A stretch of 59,441 nt of DNA, counting the filler, from Bipalium vagum (lineage: Eukaryota), in the NCBI GenBank assembly GCA_037834085.1. It is 3 parts of 3 records of this genome, joined end to end, with 100 filler letters (N's around TTAATTAATTAA, not from the genome) between each part and the next. Parts side by side here need not be neighbours in the genome. Positions count along the whole stretch, not along the records: positions 16,935 to 42,420 come from JBBMKC010193831.1; 2 more parts are not named here. One strand, given 5' to 3'. Within the stretch, counting starts at the first letter, position 1, and the number at the start of each line of letters is the position of its first letter. Below the pieces are notes generated by a model. That model saw only the letters and a list, made by a program, of their open reading frames with translations. It made no database searches and was not told the origin of the DNA. Below are positions 24,582 to 36,849 of the stretch, one piece after another. The position numbers and the translations under genes were made by a program.

Positions 24582-26419
24582 TATATAAATTCTCATTTTT
24601 ATCATAAATTATAATTTTTCGTTTTATATAAATATTTGTATTCTATAATTTTAAGTTTTAAACTTGAAATGTACAAAAATAAAAAATTATCGAAAATTAA
24701 TATTAGAAAAAAATATCAGAGATTAAGGAAAAAATCAAGGGATTTATTATACAAATTTGGAGTCAAAAGAAACAAGAATAAAAAATCAAAAAGAATTCTA
24801 GAAACCATTAAAAAATTATTATCGTAGAGTACTAGAAAGGTACCAGTAACCTAATAAAACCATGGGAAACTCAACAAGCAAATTTACCACGAAATCTATT
24901 GAGGAAACTATTGAAAAGATAACGTGGATAGCATAAATATTTTTAATAATAATATAAAAATAAAGAAGGACAACCACTTTTTAGGATACTATATATAGAA
25001 TAATCAATAAAATTTTTACAATTATACTTGTTTTAATTTGGTTGGTTGCAGTCTTTGATAGTTTTTATCATATCTAGTCAATATGGATTAATAGATTTTA
25101 GTTATAGATGAAATTAATGTCCAGAACATGGTGTCCCTAAGAAGCGCAAGAGATGTAATATAAGTTAATGAACATGTGAAGAAATTGGCAGAGATTAAAC
25201 CATTTTAATAAGAGGTTGGTAATAACTTATTTCATGAGAGTTACAAAATCTGGTTCCTTCATATACAGACAAATTTTAAATGTATATAAAATGAAGTGAG
25301 GTCTATACTAAAATTAACAGCATTACAATAGGCAGAATATGAATATCGCAGTCATTTTTTCTTTGAATATACATAGGAGCAATGGATGTTGGTTAACATA
25401 TCATTAAACCTCTCTATTAGACCATCACTGATACAAAATTTCAGTGAATTTTAAGTCATTATTTTTTTACTCTTTTTGGTTCCTCCTAATCGAATTCACG
25501 TTTCTATATTGATTACTCAGGCGATTACTCAGTCGGTGCTAAATTTCTAATCAGGGAACGTTTACTCTCTTTCACTTTAGAAATACTAAACAATCGACAA
25601 TCTAATTATATCAATGTGAACATCCAAATTGTTAATATAAAAAGATAATTATTTCATTATTATCACCTGTCTTTTCTAGTTTTGTTATACGCTCCTTAAA
25701 GAATGGCACAAAATAATCTTAAATAAATGTCTTAATGTGGTTATGTTGGATGTCTTCGATTATTATTATTATGACTAAATTTATTTATACAAAGATTTTA
25801 AAAATACGAATATTGTCCTTGGTAATTTTAGCTCACCAAGTAAATATTATCTCCATCATTATTCTTTAAATAAAAATCATGTCGTTCGTAGACTCAGATC
25901 CTCAGTGAGGAAAACAAACTTGCCTCACCACCAAACTGTGTCTGAGACAAGAACAAAATGTATTGAAAAAGGAAGATAACAAAATTAATTGATTTTTGAG
26001 TTCTAAGATAACAAAATAGTATTAATAATCACTATAGAGAAATTATCGATTTTAAAATTTGAAGTTATTAAATAGAGGTTGGTATTATTTTGATGGGGTA
26101 CTGATGAGAGGGTTGACTGTACTTATTTAAATATTCAAACTTTGAAATTGTACGTTTATGTTTTGAAATCTTTGTATGGAAAATATATTCCTGAACTGTA
26201 TTAATAAGATAAGGCAAAAGTAAAATAATATATTTTAGTAATTTCGATTATTTAAACAAGCTTTTCTAAAAATGGACCTTACGTATTATTTTTTTATTAT
26301 TTAATTTTTAAAAATTTATCAACATTTATTATGCCTTTTAAATTTATAATTCATACATTAAAATTTTTACTGAAAATATCTAATAACCATTTAAAATTGT
26401 AACTTATGAAAAATTAATA

Positions 26420-27430
26420 ATCATTAATTTAGATGTGAGATCCTTATTTTAAAAAATTCATCCAAACCAACTGTTCGAACTACTTATAATAAAATAGTAA
26501 TTTTTTGAGTTTAAACTGAAAGACAAAACAACGACAGCAAATTACAATATCACTTGGACATTCGGTGAAGGAACTGTAAATGAGTGTACCTTAAAACGTG
26601 GGTTCATAATGTTTCGGGATGAGGATGAGACACTCGAGGATAAGGAAGGCTGTCGGCAAGATACTTCAATCGATAATAAACAATTGACAATGTTAGTAGA
26701 AGAGTATCTACGTAACACGGTCTTGAAAAAGATTTAGATGTTACAGTTGGAACAATTTTAAATCAATTGAGAGAAATTGATAAATAAAAAGTTGGTTCCA
26801 CAAGACTTAAAAGCAGAAAAATCATTGGTTTGAGGTTGCATCTTTGCACATTTTTCTCTACCGGATTGTGTGACTACTGATGAAAACTGGATATTGTACG
26901 ATAATTGAAGACGGTCAGCTTTATTGTACACAGACCATCATGATAAACAAATGGTGACTGTTTTATGGTCTGTGTTTAATTCATCACAGCTTTTTGAATC
27001 TGGTCAAAAAAATTACGGTAGAGATGTACTGTCAATAAATTTAAGAAATTTTCAAAATTATCCAGCATTAGTCATTAGTACCAATCCTGCTTCACGACAA
27101 CGCTCGGTCGCACATCGCAAAAATGACCCTACAAAAGTGGAGCAACTTTGGATAAAAATCCTGTCGCATCCAGAATATTCAGAAAATCTTTCGCCAACTG
27201 ATTTCCATTTCTTAAGAGATAAATGTTTTTAGAAGCCATGAAGACGTGGAAAATACCTTTAATAATTTAATCTTTTTCAGCACTCCAGACGTTTACGTTA
27301 TGGGCTTAAAAAACTTGTGTCTCGTTGGACGAAATATATTCAATCGAATGGTTCATATTTTGATTAATAATGTTTTGTATCACTTGACATTAAACGTTTA
27401 AGGTCAAAAACTGACATTCATTTTTACACA
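26420..27430 (+). mobile_element. mariner (DD34D) relic
   Basis: GEGTVNECT, TTDENWILYDN, LHDNARSH, LSHPEYSENLSPTDFHF. Confidence 0.9.
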
Positions 27431-27689
27431 ATCATCATTCGTCTCTGTTAATAATTCTTGTGCTTAATTCATTTGGTCATTGTGATACTTCTATTGGATT
27501 AGAAATGTTCTATGAAAAAAAACAGACACATTTTTCAAAAATTTATTTTAAGCAAACATCGAATTATTCAAAAAATATGTTTTAAAATAATCAAATAAAT
27601 CCCATAATTTAATTATTTTAAATATTAATTAATTAATATTTCCGTTTCACTTCGTTAAAATCTTGACTGAATAGAAATTTCCGAGTTGG

Positions 27690-29950
27690 ACATTACTCCC
27701 CATATCCTTCAAAATTCTTCATCTTCTTTACGTTGCATTCAATTTGCTTTCCTTGTTTATTCTTCAATACATAACACCGACTTTGTATATTCTTTGTCAC
27801 CTCGTATAGGTCATCTGGATGTGTCTATTGGTTGCATACCTCCAGTCTTTGTTTCATGATTCTCTTTCTCTAATTTTCTCTAAATTCCGCTCAATTTTTT
27901 CGCATTAGCCTTTTGTAAAACATATCTTTGATAATTTAGAGTCTATCATATCTCTCATTTTCTTTGCCTCGGGAATTTATTCTAATTATAACTTTTTCTC
28001 CGACTTTAAAAGTCCTCTTTGTATTGTTCTGTACATCTTTGAGCTGAACTTTAGATGTCTGATATAGATTGTGTAAGTGTTGGCTACGACACTTACTACG
28101 AGATTTATTGTCGAAAATGTTAACTGCAAACTCTATATATAAGTTAGATTTGTGATCACCAACTCTCACGAAGGAAGTATAACAAATGGATGTTCTGAGA
28201 TACGGACTAAAATCAACTAAAATAACACAATTTGTTTTTAGAAAAATATTTTTTAGATCTTATTTTATTTAAACAAAATCTCTGATCACAATAAGATAAT
28301 ATTAAATAATTAAAGACCTCTTGGTTTTCTGATAAGAAGCCCTGATGACAAACATACTTATTGCATCGCCTAGAGTGAAGCAAAGAAACGAAAATGATTT
28401 TTCACAGTCGACATTAATTGTTCTCGGATTCCCAAACTTTAATATCCAGTTGTTCATAATTTTCCTTTGAATATAGATTGTTCATCTTGTCTTATCAGTG
28501 CTGTTAACGAAATATATTTACTATAATTATAAATAATTTCCAAAATATAGTTTTTCTTTCCGTTTGTTTCTTTTAAGGGTCCGCAGATATCTACGTATAT
28601 ATCTAAAAAAACCTCTGATGGTTCCAACTCTTATATTTCTTATTTAGTTCATGTTGTAACTACTTTGTATCGTTGACAGGCTTCACAAGTTTTGCAAATT
28701 TCATTATATTTTTCATTTAAATTTACAATTGATTGATAGTTGTCTTTCATGTAATATGATACTTACTTAGCTCCAGAATTTGTTAACATGCAATGAAGCG
28801 ACCAAACGATATATTGAAATGTTATTTTTCCGTTATTTTTTTATGTCTTCCAATTCCTCTTTCACGATCACATCTAACATTTTAGTCCTCGTACTTTGTT
28901 TGACATTGAATACACATGTCACACTTTGCACGATGCCTTTCCTTTATTCTAGCTTTATATCTAAGCTAATAAGATAAGTGATCCATGTTTGAAATTGCGA
29001 TATGATTGGCTTTTTTATTGTCATCATGAAGGTTATCGCTCTGTGATCCGTACGTAATGTAAAATATTTGCCATATAAATAATGATTGAAATGATTACAA
29101 AAGTAATAAACACCCAACAGCTCTTTCTTATAGTTTTTTTAATGATATTATTACCATATAAATTCTTTATAGTTTCGTTGATCTTTTCCTCTATAAGTTG
29201 TTATCTAACTGGTTGTCTAAAAGGTTTTTGATTAATTGGATCGCTATCTGTCTTTATTTTGTGACTTTTTCTGCCATAAACACATCTTCATTCATTTCAA
29301 CGTTATCTTTTTTAACCTGGGTTCCTCCTAAACAATTAGTATTTCTAATGCTCTTTTCAAAGACTCTCCTTTTGAAATCAGTCTACCAAATTTTACTGAA
29401 TTTTTACTGTTACTGAACACATCACAACAATCATCCTTCTCTGTAAATTCACTTCTATGTTGCTGCTCAAACTAAACTTACTCAAACTTTACAAATATTT
29501 TGCATGTTGATTTTCTTCATCAATAAATTTTGTAATACTAGTCAAATCATCATAAAACTTTACCCATACGGACATAAATCTTCATTCTATAATCTCATTT
29601 AATTCAAAGAATAAACATTTATTAATTAAAAAATTATTGATAATCGAATTGGACAATGTCATTTACACAGTTTTTTCGCTATAATCTCAATATTTTGTAT
29701 GGCGCCTTTTTGCTTTTAAAACTGCGTCAATTTTCCTCGGTGTGCTTTCAATGAGTACGGTACATTCTTAATATTTTATTCCAATATTGGTCAATTCTTT
29801 ACCATAATTAATGTATTCCTTCAGGCTGGTTTGGACACAATTTTCCTTTTCAACAAATCCCAGCCATAGCCCTCTGATGGGAAATTTAAACATAATCTCA
29901 AAAATATAAGAAACAAAAATTGAATGTTCTTTAAATGTTGGAAGCTTTTC
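27690..29950 (-). mobile_element. Ty3/Gypsy gag-pol relic (gag, RNase H, integrase, PPT)
   Basis: KELLGVYYFCNHFNHYLYGKYFTLRTDHRAITFM (RNase H). Integrase zinc finger CKTCEACQRYK, YVDICGP, FKVGEKV. Purine tract GGGGAGTAA then TGT near 27693. Confidence 0.9.
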
Positions 29951-30379
29951 GAGAGTTTTTTCATCTTTTAAAATAGGAATATTTTGTTCTATTTACTTTT
30001 TAATGCTTTTTATGGTTAATTAAACCTTTATTATTATTTATTATTAATAATATTTTTTTAATGTTATTATTATGCTACGGACCCTTTTGCGGTCCTTCTT
30101 CATTTTATCCTCTTTACTAACTATGTCCGGTAGAGAGTCTATCGGGTGGCTATCTTGGGTAAACCCAACCTTTATAAAAGGATGGTCAAACTTTTATAAT
30201 GATATAATTAGTATTACAATACTGACTTCTACATTTATTGTCTCTCATGCAACAGTTTTAATTTTAGACTAGGAAAATGGAAAAATCACTTAGTCATGAT
30301 GAAAATGCGTTTTTATAAATTATTATGTTTAAAAAGGTGCAGTTTGAGTGCTTCTAAAAAGAATTAAAGAAATTGTTAC

Positions 30380-30720
30380 CAGAGAGTTACATTCAAAAGA
30401 AAACTATCTAAAAATATTTCACAACCTTTAGGAAAAGCCAATTTTTTATAACAGATAATCGAGGTAGTGTCAGAAAAAATATTCCAATCGAGCAAGTCAA
30501 ACAGATCTTGACAGGAAATCGGTAGAGAAGCACTTATATCTGTCCATACAATCAATTCCGCAATCAATTGTTTACCAAATTTTAAAGGACTACTTAGGGC
30601 TAACGAAAAATTGTCTTTTTGTTCGAAATGATTTCGATTCTACACGGATTGTTAAAACCATTAAGAAAAATGGAGCAATTCAGTATCAAGGTCTTAGTGT
30701 GTAAAGGTTGCTTTACTTGA
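30380..30720 (+). mobile_element. IS630/Tc1-like transposase N-terminal relic
   Basis: ISVHTINSAI...RLTK...VRND pattern (cf. VS.STI.R.L...T.KR...P..RN). Confidence 0.4.
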
Positions 30721-31177
30721 AGTTTTTGAATTAATAAAATTAAGCAAAATAATCAACTTAACAATAAAATATATTTAATTTATTAAAACAGATTACAATT
30801 GTTCGTGTATCATTCGCGATTTAATAAATTTACTCTTTTTGTGTATTTTGTAAAAAAGAAAATTTTTCTCGCTCTTAGACTCAGAGATTTTTTAAGAAAA
30901 CAAAATTTTTCTCACCATTCTACTTAGTGAGCAATAACAAAAAACTATAAGTGAAAGGTGCATATGAAATAAATGAATTGGAGTCCTTAAAAGAAAATGA
31001 AATTTATATAAAAAAAACAATCTAATTTCTACAAATTGTTTAATGATAATAACAAAATGCTGTGAAGTTGAACTTTTAAAAGAAAATAGTTCATCAAATA
31101 TTTTAGGATATGAAACCAAAAAAAATATTCAGAAAACAAGTAAATATCATAAATATAAAGGGAATTATGATTGAATG

Positions 31178-32209
31178 TGTTAATATTATCCTTAGATGTA
31201 GCAACGTGTGCTTGTCTGCTCGTGACTCCTCACTTTTTATAACTCGTGTTCGTAATTCCTCTCAACCTTTTCGAACACCCTCCACAATACTGTATCCGCA
31301 CTCTTAAGAACTAATTTAAAATACTTAAAATAAAACTTTATTCGCTACAATTATAACTTCTAACTCAATTCAAATCAAAACTGAAACTTTATCAACGAAT
31401 AAAATAAAATCAAATTCAATGTCAACGTTAATACTAAAGAAAAATCTAATTAATGATTAATAATAATAATTCAATAACAAAAACGAGAATAAAATAAATA
31501 AATGTATCGGTCTCACCAAGAGCGGACAAGGGGTCCCGGGTCACCTTCTAGGCCCTTCTCAGGTCGCCTTGGGGTTCCCAAGATCGCTGGGTCCCCTTGT
31601 AAAAATCCGGCTGCATAATCGAAGAAAAAAGAATTACTGGGATTGTCTTCGGTCTCGTCTTCTGCGGTAATTTTCTTGTAACGTTTTTGGTCCAAAAAAA
31701 AATCTTCTGGGAATTGTCTTCGGTCTAATTAGTCCTGGATTGAATTTCTCTGTCTTTCGCTTACGAGGTTCGCCCATTAACGGGAATAGCCGTCTCCTTT
31801 TATAGTCGTAGAGATTGGTCTACGATCACCAATCCCTACGCTTAGAGACGGCTATTTCCTCTAATAGCCACTCAGTATCTCTACGCCAAGATAGTCTCTT
31901 GTCAAGGCTAATGGAATCCTGTCAAGGAATCCATTAGCTAATCTGCCGAAAATCCCCACTGTGGGATTTGTCTTGCGAAAATTTTGTTTAAAAATATGTT
32001 TTATTATTAATTTTAAAAAATTATTATTATTATTAATTAAAAATTATTATTTAAAACGTATTATTATTATTATTGTTATTATTATTAAATTACAAAACAA
32101 AATGATTTAACTATTTTTATTATTATTACTAATTATTATTTTTTTAATATTATTATAATCACTATTACTATTACTATTATCATCATTATTATTTCTCCAA
32201 AATCCAACA
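31178..32209 (-). repeat. Solo LTR (~1 kb)
   Basis: TGTT...AACA termini, 4-bp TSD AATG/AATA, minus-strand TATAAAAGG at 31796-31804. Interrupts the mCP reading frame cleanly. Confidence 0.75.
31197..31349 (+). repeat. Short nested solo-LTR-like element (153 bp)
   Basis: TGTAGC...GCTACA inverted ends, TATA-like TTTATAA, AATAAA near the 3' end. No clear TSD. Confidence 0.55.
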
Positions 32210-32495
32210 AATATAATATTGTTGAAGGAGCTTATTAATATAATATTTGATTTTCCAAGTAACAGTTAAAAATTATATAGAATAATCAAATGCGTAAATT
32301 TCCAATTTATTATCCCATAAAAATTTGAACACAATAAATGAAATAAAATTTAAAGTAATTTATGGTAAAAATAATTTGATAGGTTGTAATGAAGAAATTA
32401 ATTTTAAAATTCATTTAAAGCAGATTAACAGCTTTAAAGCAATACTCACTTTCAAGTCCCACGTCAATCAAGTTGAACATATTTTTGTAAAATAA

Positions 32496-32720
32496 ATGTC
32501 TGATTTTTTAGATGATAATACGGAAAACATTAATCATCATAAAAATTTACTCATAATCGGAACATCTGGTTCCGGAAAATCAGAATTATATATAATATAA
32601 TTAACTCCAAATTATATGGATTATAATAATTTGATTATATTTTCTAAAGGTATTCTTTTAAATTCTTTAAATTCTTTTAAAAATTGTGTTGATTTCTATT
32701 TTCTATAGATTTTTATATGT
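32496..32720 (+). pseudogene. Polinton A32/FtsK-HerA packaging ATPase N-terminal relic
   Basis: MSDFLDDNTENINHHKNLLIIGTSGSGKSELYII*LTPNYMDYNNLIIFSKG. Walker A at 32559-32582 followed by the typical (L/M)DY..L..F.K segment. Confidence 0.8.
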
Positions 32721-32769
32721 TTAAAAAATGACATCATCTGATAAAGCTACTGAAATTCAATCTCTGGAT

Positions 32770-33435
32770 CAGGGATGTCCAGCATGCGCCGGATCCGGCC
32801 AGTGTAATAATTTTATCCGGCTCAATAAATTTTTCATATAAAAAATAGGTTTTTTCAATTATTCACAAAAATTATAATTTTTATATAAACATATATAAAA
32901 ACATAAAAAGATTTTTTAAAAATTAATTTTTCATATAAAAAATAAACATATTTTTCAATTATACACAAAAATACATTAGTTAGTATGGGTTTTAAGTTTT
33001 AAGACGTGTGTGGAATCTTCAGGAAGAAATAAAGATATTTTTAATGCTTTAAGAAAATGATGATTTTCCAGAATTATTGGATCCAAGATGGATATGTGAA
33101 TTAGCATTTTCTTTGGACATACTTACATAACTTAACGAATTTAACACATGTTTACAAGGGAAAAAATATTTGTTCATGACTTAATAGAGAAATTAACAGT
33201 CTTTTTTCTAAAAAATTATTGGCAGAATGTAAATTTAATCCTTTTCCAACATTACAGACCATATCTGCAAATATTTTAAAAGAGAAGGCTGAAACATTTG
33301 ATTTTGAGTAGAGATTCCATTGCTTAAAAAATTGATAAATCTTTATCTATTATTCGAAATTCATTTTCAGTCCAAGTTAATGACATTCCAGTTGATATAC
33401 AACTAGAAATAATTACTTTACAATGTCCAAATTTT
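32770..33435 (+). mobile_element. hAT (Charlie/SPIN-like) deleted element
   Basis: TIR CAGGGATGTCCAGC. FPELLDPRWICELAFSLDI..LNEFNTCLQGK, FPTL, NSFSVQVNDIPVDIQLEIITLQC. Confidence 0.88.
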
Positions 33436-33439
33436 GTTT

Positions 33440-34800
33440 GAATATGCTGCCTACTACTTCTGGTGACGAAAGTGTTAATACATGCAACAGGATTACTGGT
33501 TCCGAATTTCAAAATGAATTGCGTAATCGCATTGAAGAAAATGCGTTCAAAATTTCCAAGTCGGAATTAAAAATTCGCTGATGAAGTTATTGAATCTAGT
33601 TTCTCTAGATTTTTGGATTCTGGGGTAATTCAACTTTTTGTTGATGAGGTTATTTCCAGGAAATCTGGATGCATGGAATCAACTGATGTTAAGAAAGACT
33701 AGATGAATTTGGAGGACTCTAAGAGAAAATATTTCAAGTCGGTCGTGAAAACTCAATAAAGGACCAAGAATCGATTCAGTGGAAAGAACCATGAAGGAGT
33801 TATGTCTTCAAATACAAAAAAATTAGTAAGCATTTGTCCATTGATAAGTCAATCTTGTCCAGTTCTTCGAAAAGATCGGTGCTGCTGGCCATGTTTTCAA
33901 TGATTCGAATAATAATAATATTAAAAACAAAACTGATCGCAATACTCTTGATGAGGAGAGCTTTACTGTGGTAAAGAATAATAAAAAAACATCAAGATTT
34001 GATATGAACAACTCTAATATTCCAGGGGATATTAAAGTAAATCATCCATCATCAACAACGTAGTTTTATTGTCAATAAAGTTCATATCAATGATGATAAC
34101 TTTTCTATTAATAATATTAATTCGAATCATTTTTTTTAATCATAAAAAATTCTGAAAATTTCAGTAATTTTAAAAATTCAAGTAATGCTGAATATTTAAT
34201 TAATTTTAATAAAGATTGAATTTAAAATAGAAAAAACTCAGCTAAAAAAATTATAACCGTAAAATACATTTTCCAAACAATAACAGTCACTTCATCTTTT
34301 TGATAATAACTCTATTGATAATCACCAACCTTTTGAATCGGCTTTTATTAACGAAATTTCGTTAGATCATGAATTTGTTGAGATTCCTCCGTCAATCTCC
34401 AAATGCTATCACAATGCTATGCTGCTACCTATCACCGATATTGAGACGGATTTTTATTTGCTACCTGATGATCTTGTGCTCAATTCAGATTTGCAAAATC
34501 CTATTGGCTTTTTGTACTTAAACGGGTTTTGGTATGTTTGTATGTATGTCCTTTCTCGGTAAGAGATTTTGCAACACTTACAATCACCTTTTATCAGAGA
34601 AAAGAAAATGGATACAAAATTACATCATCTTTGAATAATACCTTAAATTGTAAGATTGAATTTCATCCTTTCCATGATGTTCATTTCGAAGCTAACTTTG
34701 ACGAAAACATTAATGACTTGAATAGATTCAAAATTTTTAATCAAATTGTCCATAAATACACCACAAATCCCGACTCATTGGCTGTGTCTAAGATATGAAA
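33440..34800 (+). mobile_element. Probable 5' ORF region of the RLE non-LTR retrotransposon
   Basis: Stop-riddled coding-like DNA that truncates the hAT, with a degenerate zinc-finger-like FVC...KRFCNTYNHL near 34535. Linkage to 36850-40130 is inferred. Confidence 0.45.
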
Positions 34801-36024
34801 ATATCTTTCGTGATGACAGTATTAATAATAATGGTGAAGATTATAATAATATAATTATAAAAATAAATTTACCCATAATAATAACAATAATAATAATAAT
34901 AGCAGCTCTTTGCTTAATCATAACAGTGCTGAAACTCTGAAAATTACTCGCAATGCCCTTCTGTCACAGAAAAAATACGACATGCAGTAAACTCCGATAA
35001 AATAATTACGAGAAATGTTAGCTTTTTATTAAATAATAAGGAATTAATAATAAATAATTAAGGAAACAGTTAAGGCCCATAGCAGGAAAAATGATGAAAC
35101 ATCTGTGGATCAGAGCCTTGAATGGATAAATAAAGAAGACAGAGAAAATGGCTACAAATCGTGGTGGACAAAGACAAGAAATTGTATCAGCCATCTCCAA
35201 AAGCATCGCAGTCTCGCCATCAGATTCCTGGTCGATGAAAACGAATATGCCTAGAACAAGGACATAATTTTGCAGAAAAAAGAATATTAATAACTCCAGA
35301 AGATGCGTACAAATGTTGTGAAACTGTGGGGATCATCAACCAAAAGAGGAAGGAATGAGGAGCTGTTGGGAATGCTTATCGAACATTGCTATAACTTTTA
35401 TTAGTGAACATTTTATTTACAATTTATTTACTCTTTGTTACTCTAATTACAAATTTGTGTTATTAAATTTTTTAAAAATAAAATAATAATAAAGAACAAA
35501 GTAATTTAATAAAGTATTTTAATAATAAAGAAAATAATAATATAATAAAGTAAAAAAAGAATCTGGCCTAGGAAAATAAAATAAAAAAAATAATACATGA
35601 ATAAAAAATACTTGAAGGCGAAAAAAGCATTCCAATATAAAAAAAAGAAAGTCTTGGCATTTGGTTGAACATGGCATTTGGCATTGCAGATGGCATTTGT
35701 TTGTGCTTGTTGCGAAGTAAACATTCCAAAATGTAATGAGGGATAGTACTGCCGTTTGATTAAAACATAACATTTGGCGTTGATGACATTTATTTGTCAG
35801 CTTGGGAGGAGACTGAAATTATTAAAATAAATTTGAATAACATTTGTTTAATAAAATTAATTAAAAGAAAAAGTAATAAAATTACAAACACGCATAATAA
35901 CGAAAGGGGAAATAACTTCATTTGCAAATATACCAATAACAATCGCAGAAACACTCGCACACATGATAGAAAATAGTATAAATATCCATAGCAAAATCAT
36001 AAAAATTCGCCTTCAAAAATCCTA

Positions 36025-36190
36025 AGTTTATTATAACTGAGAAAAATTGAAAGCTGGTAATAGTTTATCATAACTATATAGAGTTTATTACAACTCACTT
36101 TGGAAAATTATACTAATTAAAGTGTAGGTGAATTATTATATTCACTTTAATTAATTAATTAACTTTACAGAACGCGAATATAATTTCACA
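36025..36190 (+). repeat. Dispersed repeat with three AGTTTATYAYAACT motifs plus GTGAAT-N6-ATTCAC hairpin (copy 1)
   Basis: Motifs at 36025, 36062 and 36082, hairpin 36128-36145. Second copy at 57498-57650. Confidence 0.75.
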
Positions 36191-36559
36191 TTTCTGTCTT
36201 TGTTTAATTCAAATTTCCGGATTCTTCTTTTTGTGTTTTGTTCTAGCAATTACGATCTGGTAAAATAGTTATCAGATTCATTGTTTTACTTCAGGGCGTC
36301 TGCACATTTCTTGGTGTAGATTGAATATCTTCTTTAATTAAAAAATACGTTGTCATTTTGATTTTAGAAAAATTTCAAAAACTTGTAATAATTTGTAAAA
36401 GATTTTAATAGAAATAAAAGTTTTTAAAATTGTTTTGTTTGCCTTATTTGTGATCAGTACACTTCCTTAAGGAGTCAGATTAGGATAAGTCGTACACAAC
36501 CTCACCCTCTCAAAACTTAACAAAATTATGCACAACATGTATGCCGGGGGCCAATTCCA

Positions 36560-36830
36560 TAGATGAAAAAACAAAAAAAGAGCAGGAATCTCCGCAATAG
36601 CTATTGGTTCAGGCCCCATCAGCTCAAAGATGGATCGATTAATGTACATAAGTGGACTTTCATTCAGTTAGACCGAACAGCCTACCAGTTAATAACCGGC
36701 CTGGAAGAAAAGCAACACTGTGCAGGCGATGTGGACAGGATATGGAAACGCAAGCTCATTTCCTAAGATACCAAACACAGAAGAATGAGAAAGAAGATGA
36801 AAAATGATGAAGCCGGCTTAGGCTTTCATT
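36560..36830 (+). mobile_element. 3' fragment of a second RLE non-LTR family
   Basis: WTFI / RPNSLPVNNRPGRKATLCRRCGQDMETQAHFL, homologous to 39520-39660. Confidence 0.8.
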
Positions 36831-36849
36831 TTTAATTGTTGTTGTATTA

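Larger units (their letters stand above)
30890..32430 (+). pseudogene. Polinton/adintovirus minor capsid (penton) gene relic, split by a solo LTR (30890-31177 + 32210-32430)
   Basis: KGAYEINELE...NILGY...VNIINIKGIMIEC | NIVEGAY...IFDFP...PIYYPI...INEIKFKV...NLI...EEINFKIHLK resembles the Polinton mCP pattern. Removing the LTR rejoins IEC-NIVEGAY. Confidence 0.7.

Noticed and set aside
30062-30254. 5' LTR of the 27690-29950 Gypsy element
   Set aside because: Has TGTT...AACA ends and a TATA-like palindrome, but no PBS, no TSD and no match to the sequence following that element's PPT.
31500-31975. Polinton terminal inverted repeat or parvoviral hairpin end
   Set aside because: It lies within a TGTT...AACA, TSD-flanked insertion that splits the capsid gene, so it fits a solo LTR better.
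36025-36100. CRISPR-like repeat-spacer array
   Set aside because: Only three 14-bp units with irregular spacing, eukaryotic context, no cas genes.
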